A DNA stretch of 61,944 nt, filler included, from an uncultured Methanosarcinales archaeon (GCA_964455675.1; 2 parts of 2 records of this genome joined end to end with filler, not necessarily neighbours in it), one strand, 5' to 3'; counted from the whole stretch's first letter, positions 39,172-49,163 are shown. Numbers and translations: made by a program. Notes: generated by a model from the sequence alone, not told the origin.

Positions 39172-39447
39172 TTAAAAAATAAAAGGGATATCCTTCCCAA
39201 ACCACATATTCATCTGACGATACTGTGCAAACGCGACCTTCAAGTAATGGGAGGCAGGATCGTAGGACCTCTCAGTAATACCAAGAAGTTCTAGTTCCGC
39301 CAAGACACCATCACGCATGAGAAGCAGGTCTCCCCGTGAGGCATCAAGCCCATGCTTGCAAGCCAAGAAGCGAACGCCCGCGGCAACAGCATACTCTAAA
39401 CGCGGATTTGCGAGAATCCACGAGTAATCAAGCACATCATTTCCCAT
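39172..39447 (-). CDS. Hypothetical protein (91 aa)
   Basis: ATG preceded by GAGGGT, with a TTTTATAT box about 21-28 nt upstream. Confidence 0.5.
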   Translation of the reverse strand: MGNDVLDYSWILANPRLEYAVAAGVRFLACKHGLDASRGDLLLMRDGVLAELELLGITERSYDPASHYLKVAFAQYRQMNMWFGKDIPFIF

Positions 39448-39539
39448 ACCCTCGAGAGCGCACTACCATATAAAAGGATTCCGGAAAACCAAGCATCACG
39501 AAAACCAGGCATCACAATGGAAGTGATGAAAGGTTATCC

Positions 39540-40289
39540 TTATCGCTCTCTTCTCCGCAGCTCGTGCATATAGAGCATGCCCTGCTGTATGCCATTCACG
39601 GAGCTGTGACTCCAACCCATTTTTGCAGCATACCCATATTTCTTACTTAATCCCTCGGGATCAGAGAATTGACCCCCAAGACGGAACGAAGGGATGAGCA
39701 CAACGCCGTCATCAGCAAGGTAGCTACGGGATTCATCAAGAAACCTTTCCAGCATACTCGGAGGCATGATCATGCTCGCGGAAATGGAGTCACCTTTAGG
39801 TGGAGTGCCATGAAAAAACGGAATCATCCAGGTTATCAAGTCACCTTTCTCGTGAATGTTCTCAAACAAGTCCCCTTGAACAACAGAAACCTTGTGCTCA
39901 AGCCCGTACCTTTGGACATTTTCTCGAGAGTTCTCGACAGCTGCAGGAGAGATATCGGACATGATGACGTTCCTTGCGCCATACCTGGCCATCACCACAC
40001 CCATCAGTCCAGTACCTGATCCGAGCTCGATAACGGTTTTTCCATGGAAAAGATCAGTGTGATAAAAAAGATACCTCGCATGATACCTACCGGAGGCGAG
40101 GAAAGGATTCCAGACACCTTTATTCACACGAAATCCCTCGAGCATATCACCTTCGCCGCTCACATCATAATCTGCCACAGTATCCTCGTGCTGATGCCTC
40201 TTCCACTGTGTCTCCACGATTGCCCTCTGCTTCGGACTCATCAGTTTTAGGCTCTCTTCCTGCAATCCTTCGTTAAGCATACGAATCAC
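39540..40289 (-). CDS. Class I SAM-dependent methyltransferase (HemK/PrmC-like)
   Basis: VIELGSGTG motif I, SDISPAAVENSREN, QGDLFE. AGGTGA RBS-like site overlaps the GTG, so the start may be ATG 40280. Confidence 0.85.
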   Translation of the reverse strand: MIRMLNEGLQEESLKLMSPKQRAIVETQWKRHQHEDTVADYDVSGEGDMLEGFRVNKGVWNPFLASGRYHARYLFYHTDLFHGKTVIELGSGTGLMGVVMARYGARNVIMSDISPAAVENSRENVQRYGLEHKVSVVQGDLFENIHEKGDLITWMIPFFHGTPPKGDSISASMIMPPSMLERFLDESRSYLADDGVVLIPSFRLGGQFSDPEGLSKKYGYAAKMGWSHSSVNGIQQGMLYMHELRRRER

Positions 40290-40296
40290 CTTTTTA

Positions 40297-40323
40297 GATA
40301 ATCAGATTTTGGATAATCAGATT
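40297..40323. promoter_or_regulatory. 12-bp direct repeat GATAATCAGATT x2 in the divergent methyltransferase/TrmB intergenic region
   Basis: Exact copies at 40297-40308 and 40312-40323. Confidence 0.4.
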
Positions 40324-40428
40324 GATACTACTAATCCATAGTTCTGATGAACAATATAATTTTTAGTACCCCCTAAGGGGGCTCCATATGACAAGATTAT
40401 TATAGGATGCCTGACACACTACCCCTGC

Positions 40429-41175
40429 ATGGATAGGCAAGTACTGCACAACATCGGACTCACGAAGGGAGAGGTCAAGGTGTACCTCGCACTCCTCAAG
40501 ATTGGAGAAGCAAAAAAGAGCCAAATCGCCAAGGAAGCAGAGGTGTCATCATCAAAAGTGTACGAAATATGCGACCGACTGCACACGAAGGGGCTTGTTG
40601 GCCATATCTATCGAGGGAAAGTACGCCATTTCAACGCGATGGAACCCCAAAGGATACTGGAGTTCTTCAATGAAAAAACGGTCCAAATGGAGAACCACAG
40701 AATCGCCCTTCAAAAAATGATTCCGGTCCTTATGCACACGGCAAAGAAAGAAGAGACAAAAGCCGTACTCTTTGAGGGATTCAAGGCAATAAAGAATGTC
40801 TATAAGAACATCCTTGATGAATTACGACCCGGCGAAGGGTACTATGTGATCGGGGTAAATTACGGGAAAAACCTGCCGGGAGTGAGGGAATTCTTTGAGA
40901 ACTACCATAGGCAACGCGCAAAAAGGAAGATCCACGTGAAAATGCTCGTGAATCATGATGCACGCGAAACGCTCGTGAAGACGATCAGGCAACACTCTGA
41001 AATCAGATATTTACCACAGTACCTCATCAGCACCATGATCATCCTATTCTATCACAACAAAGCATTCATCTTCTTCATCAGCAAAGAATCCATCGGACTC
41101 CTCATTGAGAACAAAGAGATAACCAAAGGATTCAAAACATACTTTGACGCGTTCTGGACTATCGCATCGCGATGA
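40429..41175 (+). CDS. TrmB-family transcriptional regulator
   Basis: IGLTKGEVKVYLALLKIG...SKVYEICDRLHTKGLV wHTH, and a C-terminal effector domain ending FDAFW. Confidence 0.9.
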   Translation: MDRQVLHNIGLTKGEVKVYLALLKIGEAKKSQIAKEAEVSSSKVYEICDRLHTKGLVGHIYRGKVRHFNAMEPQRILEFFNEKTVQMENHRIALQKMIPVLMHTAKKEETKAVLFEGFKAIKNVYKNILDELRPGEGYYVIGVNYGKNLPGVREFFENYHRQRAKRKIHVKMLVNHDARETLVKTIRQHSEIRYLPQYLISTMIILFYHNKAFIFFISKESIGLLIENKEITKGFKTYFDAFWTIASR

Positions 41176-41267
41176 TGCAGATGTTACGCGCAGCCATGCG
41201 CAATGGACGAGATCTCCAAGGAGTCATATCCAAAGGACTGAATACCAAGGCCATATCTTTTTAAACC

Positions 41268-42221
41268 ATGAACGACTGTACTAGAAGAATGCAGGAGAAG
41301 GAACCCGAATACAAGGAAGCGTTCATCAAACGGTATTCACAGCTGACAGAATTTGCTTCGTTTAAGGCAATCAGCGAGACGTTTCTCCGGAGATGCATCA
41401 GGGTAAACACGATCAAAATCAGCGTTCCTGAGCTGAAAAAACGGCTTGAGGGAGCGTGGGAACTCACGCCAGTCCCATGGTGCAAGGAAGGGTTCTGGAT
41501 AAAAAACACGAAAGACGGACGCAGAGACATTGGCAACCTCATCGAACACACACTCGGATACATCTACGTCCAGGAAGCGGCAAGCATGATCCCGCCAGTA
41601 GTGCTGGACGTCAAACCAGGGGACGTCGTACTCGACATGTGCGCGGCCCCCGGAAGCAAGGCAGGACAGATCGCGCAAATGTTGGAAGGAAAAGGAATAT
41701 TATTTGCGAATGACTTCAAAGGAGACCGCATTGCAGCACTCGGAATCAATCTTCAAAGGATTGGTGCGACGAATGTGGTGTTCACACACATGCGCGGGCG
41801 CGGTTTTCAGGAACAGATATTTGAGAAAGTGCTCGTGGACGCCCCATGCTCAGGGACAGGAACGATACGAAAAAGCTACGCGATCCTTCGCATGTGGAAT
41901 CCGGGCATGGTTAAGAGGTTATCATACGCACAGAGGAAGCTCATCCTGACAGGATTTGACGTGCTAAAACCCGGCGGAACGCTCGTGTACAGCACGTGCA
42001 CAATGGAACCAGAGGAGAACGAGGGCGTCGTCGATTACCTGCTCAAAGAGCGGAAAGATGCACGCGTTTCGAAGATCAAACTACCTATCAAGCGAAGCCC
42101 GTGCGTGCTTGAATTTGAAGGAACAACGTTTGATTCGTCCATCGCGGAAACCTTGCGCATCTGGCCGCAGGACAATGATACTGAAGGATTCTTCGTCGCA
42201 AAAATCAGCAAAAGAAAATGA
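41268..42221 (+). CDS. RsmB/NOP2/NSUN family RNA m5C methyltransferase
   Basis: RVNTIK, YVQEAASMIP, LDMCAAPGSK, VDAPCSGTG, LVYSTCT, ENEGVV, GFFVAK. Confidence 0.95.
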   Translation: MNDCTRRMQEKEPEYKEAFIKRYSQLTEFASFKAISETFLRRCIRVNTIKISVPELKKRLEGAWELTPVPWCKEGFWIKNTKDGRRDIGNLIEHTLGYIYVQEAASMIPPVVLDVKPGDVVLDMCAAPGSKAGQIAQMLEGKGILFANDFKGDRIAALGINLQRIGATNVVFTHMRGRGFQEQIFEKVLVDAPCSGTGTIRKSYAILRMWNPGMVKRLSYAQRKLILTGFDVLKPGGTLVYSTCTMEPEENEGVVDYLLKERKDARVSKIKLPIKRSPCVLEFEGTTFDSSIAETLRIWPQDNDTEGFFVAKISKRK

Positions 42222-42875
42222 TTATTTCCGCAGAGTGCAGGGTTGTTCAACACGGATGAGCATGCCTTGGCAAAGATACGGATCCAGACCGGACACTCCG
42301 CCCGTCTGAACGGTTGTATCGTATTGCACCCACGCAGCTCCATCCCAGTAATAAATTTCTGCAAACGTGCAATCACCAGCGAGGGTTTGCCAGTTCATCG
42401 TTTTTATTCCGGACTTTACATCCACCACGAACATATTGGGATTTACCCCGACGAAGTTCCAGCCAACCTTGAGTGGAATAGTCCCCAAGTTTGCCCGCTG
42501 AAACTGGTATGTCAGCGAATGGCTCTTAACACCCGGCTTAATCAGAACCCACTGAGCATAGAGAACCAAATCCGCACCATAATACGAATCAGATGCAATA
42601 TCTGACAGATCTGCAAGCTCATTCACCGGATAGACTTGAACATATGATGAGATGTCCGGAACGAACATATACACTGCCTCAATATCCTTCGCGGTTATCT
42701 CGCTTGTTTTTGTAATCCGCGAGGGATGGAAACCCTGCAGCATATTCAGACCAGGCTTAACCGTAACCGTGAGGGTATTTAGCCCAGAGAGTTCAGTCTT
42801 GAAAATATTATCATCTGCAAAGGAAGCAGAGCATACCGCAACGAACAGCACCAGAAGGACCATAATCTTGCGCAT
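42222..42875 (-). CDS. Secreted hypothetical protein with two 'L..G[WL]N' repeat modules
   Basis: Signal peptide, VKPGLNML and LKVGWNFVGV...YYWDGAAW...GMLIRV. Confidence 0.7.
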   Translation of the reverse strand: MRKIMVLLVLFVAVCSASFADDNIFKTELSGLNTLTVTVKPGLNMLQGFHPSRITKTSEITAKDIEAVYMFVPDISSYVQVYPVNELADLSDIASDSYYGADLVLYAQWVLIKPGVKSHSLTYQFQRANLGTIPLKVGWNFVGVNPNMFVVDVKSGIKTMNWQTLAGDCTFAEIYYWDGAAWVQYDTTVQTGGVSGLDPYLCQGMLIRVEQPCTLRK

Positions 42876-42973
42876 ACTCCATCCTTAGAAAACCCAGTAT
42901 AAATAGCTTACGATATGGAGCACTGGACAGGCGTGCGACGAGGGTATAAGAATACCCGGGGCTAACGTATCGC

Positions 42974-43459
42974 ATGTTTTCCCAAATCATGCGCAACGCG
43001 GATCCCCTGCTACAGCTGCAGCGTAGCGAGTTCCGGAGAAGCTTCCACCTTACCCCCGTGGAACGCAGAATACTCGAACAACACGGCTATGATGCCATGA
43101 GGCAATTCGCGTCTGATATCATCCAAAAAAGGCTAACCGCGCCATTTAACGATGGAAGGCAAACGCCAAAAACAGGACACCCGGTGTTCATCGCACAGCA
43201 CGCGACCGCCACATGCTGCAGAAAATGCCTCCAGAAGTGGCACCAAATCCCCCAGCACCGCGAACTTACCGAAGAAGAACAAATCTATATCACTCTGCTC
43301 CTCCTCCGGTGGATCAAAAAAGATGTGCAAGTACCCCTTGCACGCATTCAGCAGGAGCAGTATGCTCTCAGGAAAAAATACTTACGGCGGTCCCCACTCT
43401 TTCGGTCTTCATTCTTCGGGAAGGAAGACATTCGCATCCCGGTCAGCACCCACGGATAG
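42974..43459 (+). CDS. DUF4186 family protein
   Basis: SEFRRSFHL, NDGRQTP..GHPVFIAQHATATCCRKCLQKWHQIP. Confidence 0.85.
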   Translation: MFSQIMRNADPLLQLQRSEFRRSFHLTPVERRILEQHGYDAMRQFASDIIQKRLTAPFNDGRQTPKTGHPVFIAQHATATCCRKCLQKWHQIPQHRELTEEEQIYITLLLLRWIKKDVQVPLARIQQEQYALRKKYLRRSPLFRSSFFGKEDIRIPVSTHG

Positions 43460-44932
43460 CATGACTGGCCGTACATCCACCTGATCCCTAACATATTGCA
43501 GTATCCTTGTCATCTCCGGAGGAAGTGAAGTGTAGTCACGAATACCGGCAGTTCTGCACTTCCAGCCAGGGAAGCTGACATAGCATGGCTTGCAGTGCTT
43601 CAACACCTCAGCATCAGGAATGGCAGTCATGAACATGTTACCGCTCTCGAGCCGAGCACCGATATCCCGACTGCCAACAAGACGGCCAGGAAGATTATAC
43701 GGAGGACCTTTGTAATCATAGACAGTACAGACCTTGATCTCATCACATTCATCAAGCACGTCAAGCTTTGTCAAGGCAACGTGCGGACCATTGATCTGCA
43801 CAGCATACCGCAGAAGAGGAAGATCAAGCCAACCCGTGCGACGCAGTCTTCCCGTCGTCGCGCCATACTCCTTTCCAGCCCTTCGAATGGCAATACCCTG
43901 CTCAAATTCATCCTTGCTATTTACCGAAGCGTCTCCATACGTTGCCTCCTCATCAGCAAGCTTACGCGTGCTGCACCAGGCATCGGACTTCTTCCCTCCT
44001 AGCTCCGTCGGAAAAGGACCCTCGCCAACGCGCGTCATGTAGAAACCTTTCATGACACCAATCACGAAGTCAACATCACGCTTCTCGAGGCCGACACCAG
44101 CCGCAAGACCATAAATCGAGGGATCCGAAGACGTCACGAACGGCTTACTGCCGTACTTCACACTCAGCAGGAGACCCTGCGCACCCTCAAGCAATATCTT
44201 TCTCTTGCCATGCGCATCACGAACGAGACGCTCCACGTCATCGATGAACGGAGCAAAACGCTCACCAAGCTCAACATATGCATCAACGATCGCATCAGTA
44301 TTGAACAACATATTCGCGTCGAAAAAGCGTCCCTTCTGCAACCGAGACCCGTGCAACACCTTTGCAGCAAACTCACGATCCCTACCATCAATGTGATTGA
44401 TCGGATGACTCATGTTGCGAGCGAGCTTTGAGCGCAAGATGTCAGGATTAAGCATATCATTGATCGTCAGGCCGATGCGTAGGGGCAGATCGGTATACGC
44501 AGGACCAATACCCCTACCAGTCGTACCAATTGCGCCAGTCATCCTATGCTCGGTGAGAACGTCCTGCACGATGTGCTGAGGGAGAACTAGCGCGGCATTA
44601 TACGCGATGCGTAGATTGTTGTAGGTATGACCAGCACGATCAAGATTGTTCATCTCCTCTGCGAGCTGGAAAGGATCAACAACCACACCAGGACCTATGC
44701 AGTTATAATTACCCTTCCCATCATGACGGATACCGGACGGCATGAGATGCTGAATTAATTCCTCATCACCGACACGAACAGTATGGCCGGCGTTCGCGCC
44801 GCCATTCCCACGAACAATGATATCAGCCCAATCCGCAAGCAGATCAACAAGCTTGCCCTTCCCGGTGTCACCCCATTGGTTACAGACAACAGCAATGGTC
44901 TTCCTACCTGCGATCAATTGTTCAATACCCAT
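43409..44932 (-). CDS. purA: Adenylosuccinate synthetase
   Basis: QWGDTGKGK, GGANAGHT, IGTTGRGIGPAY, LLEGAQG, TRVGEGPFPTE, EYGATTGRLRRTGWLD, LTKLDVL. Confidence 0.95.
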   Translation of the reverse strand: MGIEQLIAGRKTIAVVCNQWGDTGKGKLVDLLADWADIIVRGNGGANAGHTVRVGDEELIQHLMPSGIRHDGKGNYNCIGPGVVVDPFQLAEEMNNLDRAGHTYNNLRIAYNAALVLPQHIVQDVLTEHRMTGAIGTTGRGIGPAYTDLPLRIGLTINDMLNPDILRSKLARNMSHPINHIDGRDREFAAKVLHGSRLQKGRFFDANMLFNTDAIVDAYVELGERFAPFIDDVERLVRDAHGKRKILLEGAQGLLLSVKYGSKPFVTSSDPSIYGLAAGVGLEKRDVDFVIGVMKGFYMTRVGEGPFPTELGGKKSDAWCSTRKLADEEATYGDASVNSKDEFEQGIAIRRAGKEYGATTGRLRRTGWLDLPLLRYAVQINGPHVALTKLDVLDECDEIKVCTVYDYKGPPYNLPGRLVGSRDIGARLESGNMFMTAIPDAEVLKHCKPCYVSFPGWKCRTAGIRDYTSLPPEMTRILQYVRDQVDVRPVMLSVGADRDANVFLPEE

Positions 44933-44936
44933 CTCA

Positions 44937-46427
44937 CTACCTCCCCGCATAATTTGGCGCGGCAACCATAACCGCAAGATCGTGTGGATGCGACTCCTTC
45001 AATCCCTCAGCGGACTGACGAATAAATCTTGCCTTCACGTGCAGATCCGGAATGCTTTGCGCACCGACATACGCCATACCCGACCGGATACCGCCGATGT
45101 ACTGCGCAAGAACGTCCGCAACCGGACCACGGCACTCAACCGCACCCTCGACGCCCTCAGCGACAGGCTTTGCCACCGCCTGCTGACCATAACGCTGGCG
45201 ACAAGCAGCGCTCTCTTTCATCGCCGAAGGAGAACCCATCCCACGATACCGCTTCAGGCGCCTCCCGCGCTCATCCATAATTATCTCGCCTGGGGCCTCA
45301 TCCGTAGAAGCAACAATGCTACCAACCATCACCGTCGAAGCACCCGCAGCCAGCGCTTTTACCATATCACCAGAATAACTAATGCCACCATCAGCACAGA
45401 TGGGAATGCCACCAGCTCCAACCGAGCACTCATAAATCGCAGTAAGCTGCGGACAGCCAATCCCCGCAACAACCCTCGTCGTACAAATTGAACCAGCGCC
45501 CTGGCCAATGCGCAAACCATCAGCACCGGAGCGCACAAGACACTCCGCAGCTTCCCTCATGCTGATATTCCCGGCGACGACATCAACCCCAAAGTGATCC
45601 TTAATCCACTTCAGAGTATTGTAAACAGGCTCTGAATCACCGTGCGCAGTGTCGATGACAATGACGTCCACATTCTCATGCATCAACAATTCAAGACGAG
45701 ACTGTGCATCCGCAAGGACTCCAACAGCCGCGCCCACACGCAGCTGGCCATTCTCGTCAACATTGTAGGCAGCGCAATTCCCCGAGAGAACGCGATGGAC
45801 ATCATTAAACAAATATAACCCGACGAGCTTTCCATTATCGACGAGCGGCAACGAGTTGACCTGCCTCGCCTGCATCAAAGCGTGCGCTTCGTTAAGGGTC
45901 GTTCCACGCTTGCCCACAACGGGATCTTTCTCCATCACGTCAGCAATCAATGCGCTATGATCAGGGCAGAAACTGAACTTCCTCGCAGTCATCAGACCAC
46001 GGAACGCACCATCGCGGGAAAGTACCGGAAAAGTATGAAACGCATACGCCCTTTCATCCCTTCTCGCCAAGACCTGCGTTACAGTCTCATCATCAAACAC
46101 CGTAATCGGATTCACGACGAGAGCGTTGAGATTGTGCTTGACCTTAGCCACCTCACGAGCCTGTTCATCCGGCGTCAGATTCCGATGGATGATACCAAGG
46201 CCGCCAAGCTTTGCCATCGCAATTGCCATCGGCGCCATCGTTGCCGTATCCATAGGCGATGAAATAATCGGCGCGTTCACCGGAACATTCTTCGAGAAAT
46301 ACGATCTCACATTAACGTCAGGCGGCAGCACATTCGTCCTTCCCGGCAGGACGAGCACATCATCAAACGTTACGCCCTGATATTGCGATGCCATGAACTC
46401 AAAGAACCCACTACAGGCACGGTCCAT
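44937..46427 (-). CDS. guaB: IMP dehydrogenase (CBS-domain containing)
   Basis: TFDDVLVLP, SSPMDT, GGLGIIHRN, IDTAHG, GSICTTR catalytic Cys, ADGGI, YRGMGS, flap RY dyad, EGVEG. Confidence 0.93.
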   Translation of the reverse strand: MDRACSGFFEFMASQYQGVTFDDVLVLPGRTNVLPPDVNVRSYFSKNVPVNAPIISSPMDTATMAPMAIAMAKLGGLGIIHRNLTPDEQAREVAKVKHNLNALVVNPITVFDDETVTQVLARRDERAYAFHTFPVLSRDGAFRGLMTARKFSFCPDHSALIADVMEKDPVVGKRGTTLNEAHALMQARQVNSLPLVDNGKLVGLYLFNDVHRVLSGNCAAYNVDENGQLRVGAAVGVLADAQSRLELLMHENVDVIVIDTAHGDSEPVYNTLKWIKDHFGVDVVAGNISMREAAECLVRSGADGLRIGQGAGSICTTRVVAGIGCPQLTAIYECSVGAGGIPICADGGISYSGDMVKALAAGASTVMVGSIVASTDEAPGEIIMDERGRRLKRYRGMGSPSAMKESAACRQRYGQQAVAKPVAEGVEGAVECRGPVADVLAQYIGGIRSGMAYVGAQSIPDLHVKARFIRQSAEGLKESHPHDLAVMVAAPNYAGR

Positions 46428-46518
46428 CTTTGATCCCCCATGGTTTTAGAACAACCATAGCATGCAAACAAAAGCGGAATTAATATAGATTTGTATTCTA
46501 GGGAAGGGACGAAAACGA

Positions 46519-48081
46519 CTACTGATCTCCCCATTTCTCAATACCTAGCTGACCCTTACGCTTGCGCTTTGAGATGGGCTCAACCTCTGGCTGGTCAAGC
46601 TGCTCCTTGACCTTAACGGCGATTCCTTTACCCAGAATTTTCCCGAGCGCATCAATATCAACCGCCTTGATGTCGCGAATGGACTTGAGATTGTGCTTAA
46701 AGAGTAATCGCGCACGGACACGACCAATCTCGCGAAGCTTAAGCAGGGGAAGAAGTTCCTCCTTGACACCATACCTGATACGGAAGCGCACACGGCTGAT
46801 ATCCTTCGAGCGAAACTGCAAGATCCTTGCGAGCTCTTCACAAGCGTACAATAACCAATCAGCGAGATCAAGCTTGGCACGAATCTCGCCAGGACGGACC
46901 TGATACTTCTCGAGAATATCAGGCTCTGTCATCTCATCACACCAGTCATTGATGAAGAGGGCGGTCTTTACACTCGCGAGAAAATCATCGTACTCAGGCT
47001 CGTAAATACTCGGCTCAAGATCGAGCAAGTCACCGTCAAAACGCGCAAGCTGCTCCTGAATGGTATCAAACTCCTTGACTTTCACACGAAGAAGAGGACG
47101 CATCTCAATCGTGTGAGAAACCACCTGCATCCACGCAAAATCAGGAATCAATTCTTTTCCGTCAGCACGGCGCATACACGTGATCAGATAATTTGCAGTC
47201 AATGGATCAAGATAGAGCTCAGCAACACGCTTTCCGAGAGCCGTTGGGCGATACGACTGCGCATCGAGGGCATCAGCACTTTGAAAATCAGATTTTGACG
47301 AAGACATGATGAATTCCCACTCCTCAAGGCGAAGAAGCGTGCGCTCGATCGTCTGCTCAAGGCGCCAGATGTCCTCATACTGAAACGCCCAGAACGTCCG
47401 CCCAAAAAAATCCATGATCTGCTCCTTCGTACGCACAAGCTGGCTAGCGATGAGACTCAGCAGGTATGTACGAAGGACTGGCTCAACGGCAAGCTTTGAT
47501 AGGATCTCCTCGGGCTCGCCATTAATGTAGCGGTCCTCGATCTCATCCTTGACTGCGTCCGAATCGGCGATACAGAGCGCCTCACCAACAACATCATACT
47601 TTGGACGGCCGGCCCTCCCAGCCATCTGCTGGTATTCAAGCACGGGAATAAAGTCCATGCCGTGAGCACCATAGCGTTTGAGATCACGAATAATTGCACG
47701 AAACGCCGGAAGATCAACCCCTGCCGCAAGCGTTGGCGTACAGGATATGATACGGATCCTACGCTCACGGAACGCATCCTCGATGAGATGGCGCTGATCC
47801 GCAGTAAGGCCGGAATGGTGGAAGGCAATACCTTTTTTCACACAAAAGGCAAGGCGCTCGCACTGCTTTGTCGGCGAGGAAAGAGAATGAAGCACCTGCT
47901 CAGCCAGTGAATCCCACTCAAGGTTTGATTCCTTGATTTTCTTCGCAACCTCCTCAGCAGTCTTCTCAGCACCGGGCCTCGTGTTTACAAAAATCAACGC
48001 CTGCTTACGCTTCGCGATCGTGTCGAGGACTATATTGATCACCGGATCTTTCGCGAGGGATGGAAGTGACTCCTCAGCCAT
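46519..48081 (-). CDS. hel308: Hel308/Ski2-like helicase, C-terminal part only (RecA2, wHTH, ratchet, HhH); RecA1 ATPase domain absent
   Basis: QALIFVNTR (motif IV), GIAFHHSGL, TPTLAAGVDLPA (V), QMAGRAGRPKYD (VI), RIRYGVKEELLPL, IGRVRAR. No Walker A or DExH. TATA-like TTTTATAC lies 23-30 nt upstream of ATG 48081. Confidence 0.85.
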   Translation of the reverse strand: MAEESLPSLAKDPVINIVLDTIAKRKQALIFVNTRPGAEKTAEEVAKKIKESNLEWDSLAEQVLHSLSSPTKQCERLAFCVKKGIAFHHSGLTADQRHLIEDAFRERRIRIISCTPTLAAGVDLPAFRAIIRDLKRYGAHGMDFIPVLEYQQMAGRAGRPKYDVVGEALCIADSDAVKDEIEDRYINGEPEEILSKLAVEPVLRTYLLSLIASQLVRTKEQIMDFFGRTFWAFQYEDIWRLEQTIERTLLRLEEWEFIMSSSKSDFQSADALDAQSYRPTALGKRVAELYLDPLTANYLITCMRRADGKELIPDFAWMQVVSHTIEMRPLLRVKVKEFDTIQEQLARFDGDLLDLEPSIYEPEYDDFLASVKTALFINDWCDEMTEPDILEKYQVRPGEIRAKLDLADWLLYACEELARILQFRSKDISRVRFRIRYGVKEELLPLLKLREIGRVRARLLFKHNLKSIRDIKAVDIDALGKILGKGIAVKVKEQLDQPEVEPISKRKRKGQLGIEKWGDQ

Positions 48082-48265
48082 GCTCTTTAGGGATGAAGCG
48101 GCCGTATAAAAATGATATGCTGAAATGTGGCCTGTGAACAGACTCAGGGTACACCGATGACTCCCTCGCGCAGAGGTGATGCGCTCAACAAGAACCATCA
48201 ATCCTCTCAACACACCATTCTACGCTTGGCAAACTTTTATATAAGGTACGCGAGCACTGCTGTTC

Positions 48266-49126
48266 ATGCCGAAAGAGGCAGTTCTCAATGTCAAGATGCG
48301 ACCAAGCATCATCAAGATCCTGAAGAACGAAGGATACCAACTTGTAGATATGCATTTTCATACGACGTATTCTGATGGTACATCATCCGTCCAAAATGCG
48401 CTGCGTAAAGCGTATCGGCTTGGAATTGGCCTGGCCATCACCGACCATAACGAGATCAGAGCAGCACAGATCGCGTGCAAGCAGCAAAGCGTGATGGTCA
48501 TACCAGGCATGGAAATCACGTGCAAAGAAGGCATGCATGCACTCGTTTACTTCCACACAATCGACGACGGAGTCAAGTTTTTCGAGAAGAATGTCAAACC
48601 ATTCCACGGAAAGCACAAAAGCTCATTCACGACAATACCATTCTCCCAGCTGATTGTGGAAGCACGGAAATCAAACTGCCTACTCGTCGCGGCACACCCA
48701 TACGGCATTGGACTTACCGGCATGATGCGCAAGAAGCATGAAGGAATCGTCACGCCAGATCTCATCAAACAGTTTGATGCACTCGAGGGCCTTTGCGGAA
48801 GCAGCATCCGCTCATGGAATACCAGAAGCCAGCGCCTTGCACAGCTCATGGGAAGACCCATGACCGGAGGAAGCGACGGCCACACCTTGCGAGAAATGGC
48901 ACACGTCCTCACGTACGCAAAAGCATTCACGACGAGCGACTTTCTGAACGCAATCAAGCATGGAAATGCTACTGTGATCGGAAGGGAAACAAACCTTATG
49001 TACAACGTCGGAGCTCAGGCCGTAAAGATCAAGAATGTCCCTAGCGTCGGCGTTTATGTGAAACGCAATATCCAAGGGATCATGCAGAAACTCAATGGCA
49101 GTAACCAAGAACCTCTGGAAGACTGA
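48266..49126 (+). CDS. PHP-domain metal-dependent phosphoesterase
   Basis: DMHFHTTYSDG, AITDHN, PGMEI, AAHPY, GGSDGH. Confidence 0.9.
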   Translation: MPKEAVLNVKMRPSIIKILKNEGYQLVDMHFHTTYSDGTSSVQNALRKAYRLGIGLAITDHNEIRAAQIACKQQSVMVIPGMEITCKEGMHALVYFHTIDDGVKFFEKNVKPFHGKHKSSFTTIPFSQLIVEARKSNCLLVAAHPYGIGLTGMMRKKHEGIVTPDLIKQFDALEGLCGSSIRSWNTRSQRLAQLMGRPMTGGSDGHTLREMAHVLTYAKAFTTSDFLNAIKHGNATVIGRETNLMYNVGAQAVKIKNVPSVGVYVKRNIQGIMQKLNGSNQEPLED

Positions 49127-49163
49127 TAGCTTTATAAAACAACAGAGGTTTTCCAGAGGATGA

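Noticed and set aside
48082..48213. N-terminal extension of Hel308 given by the ORF track (likewise the extensions on lig, purA, elp3, 15578, 24266 and 56397)
   Set aside because: The extensions lack family motifs and cover promoter, intergenic or overlapping DNA. Downstream ATGs fit RBS/TATA spacing better.
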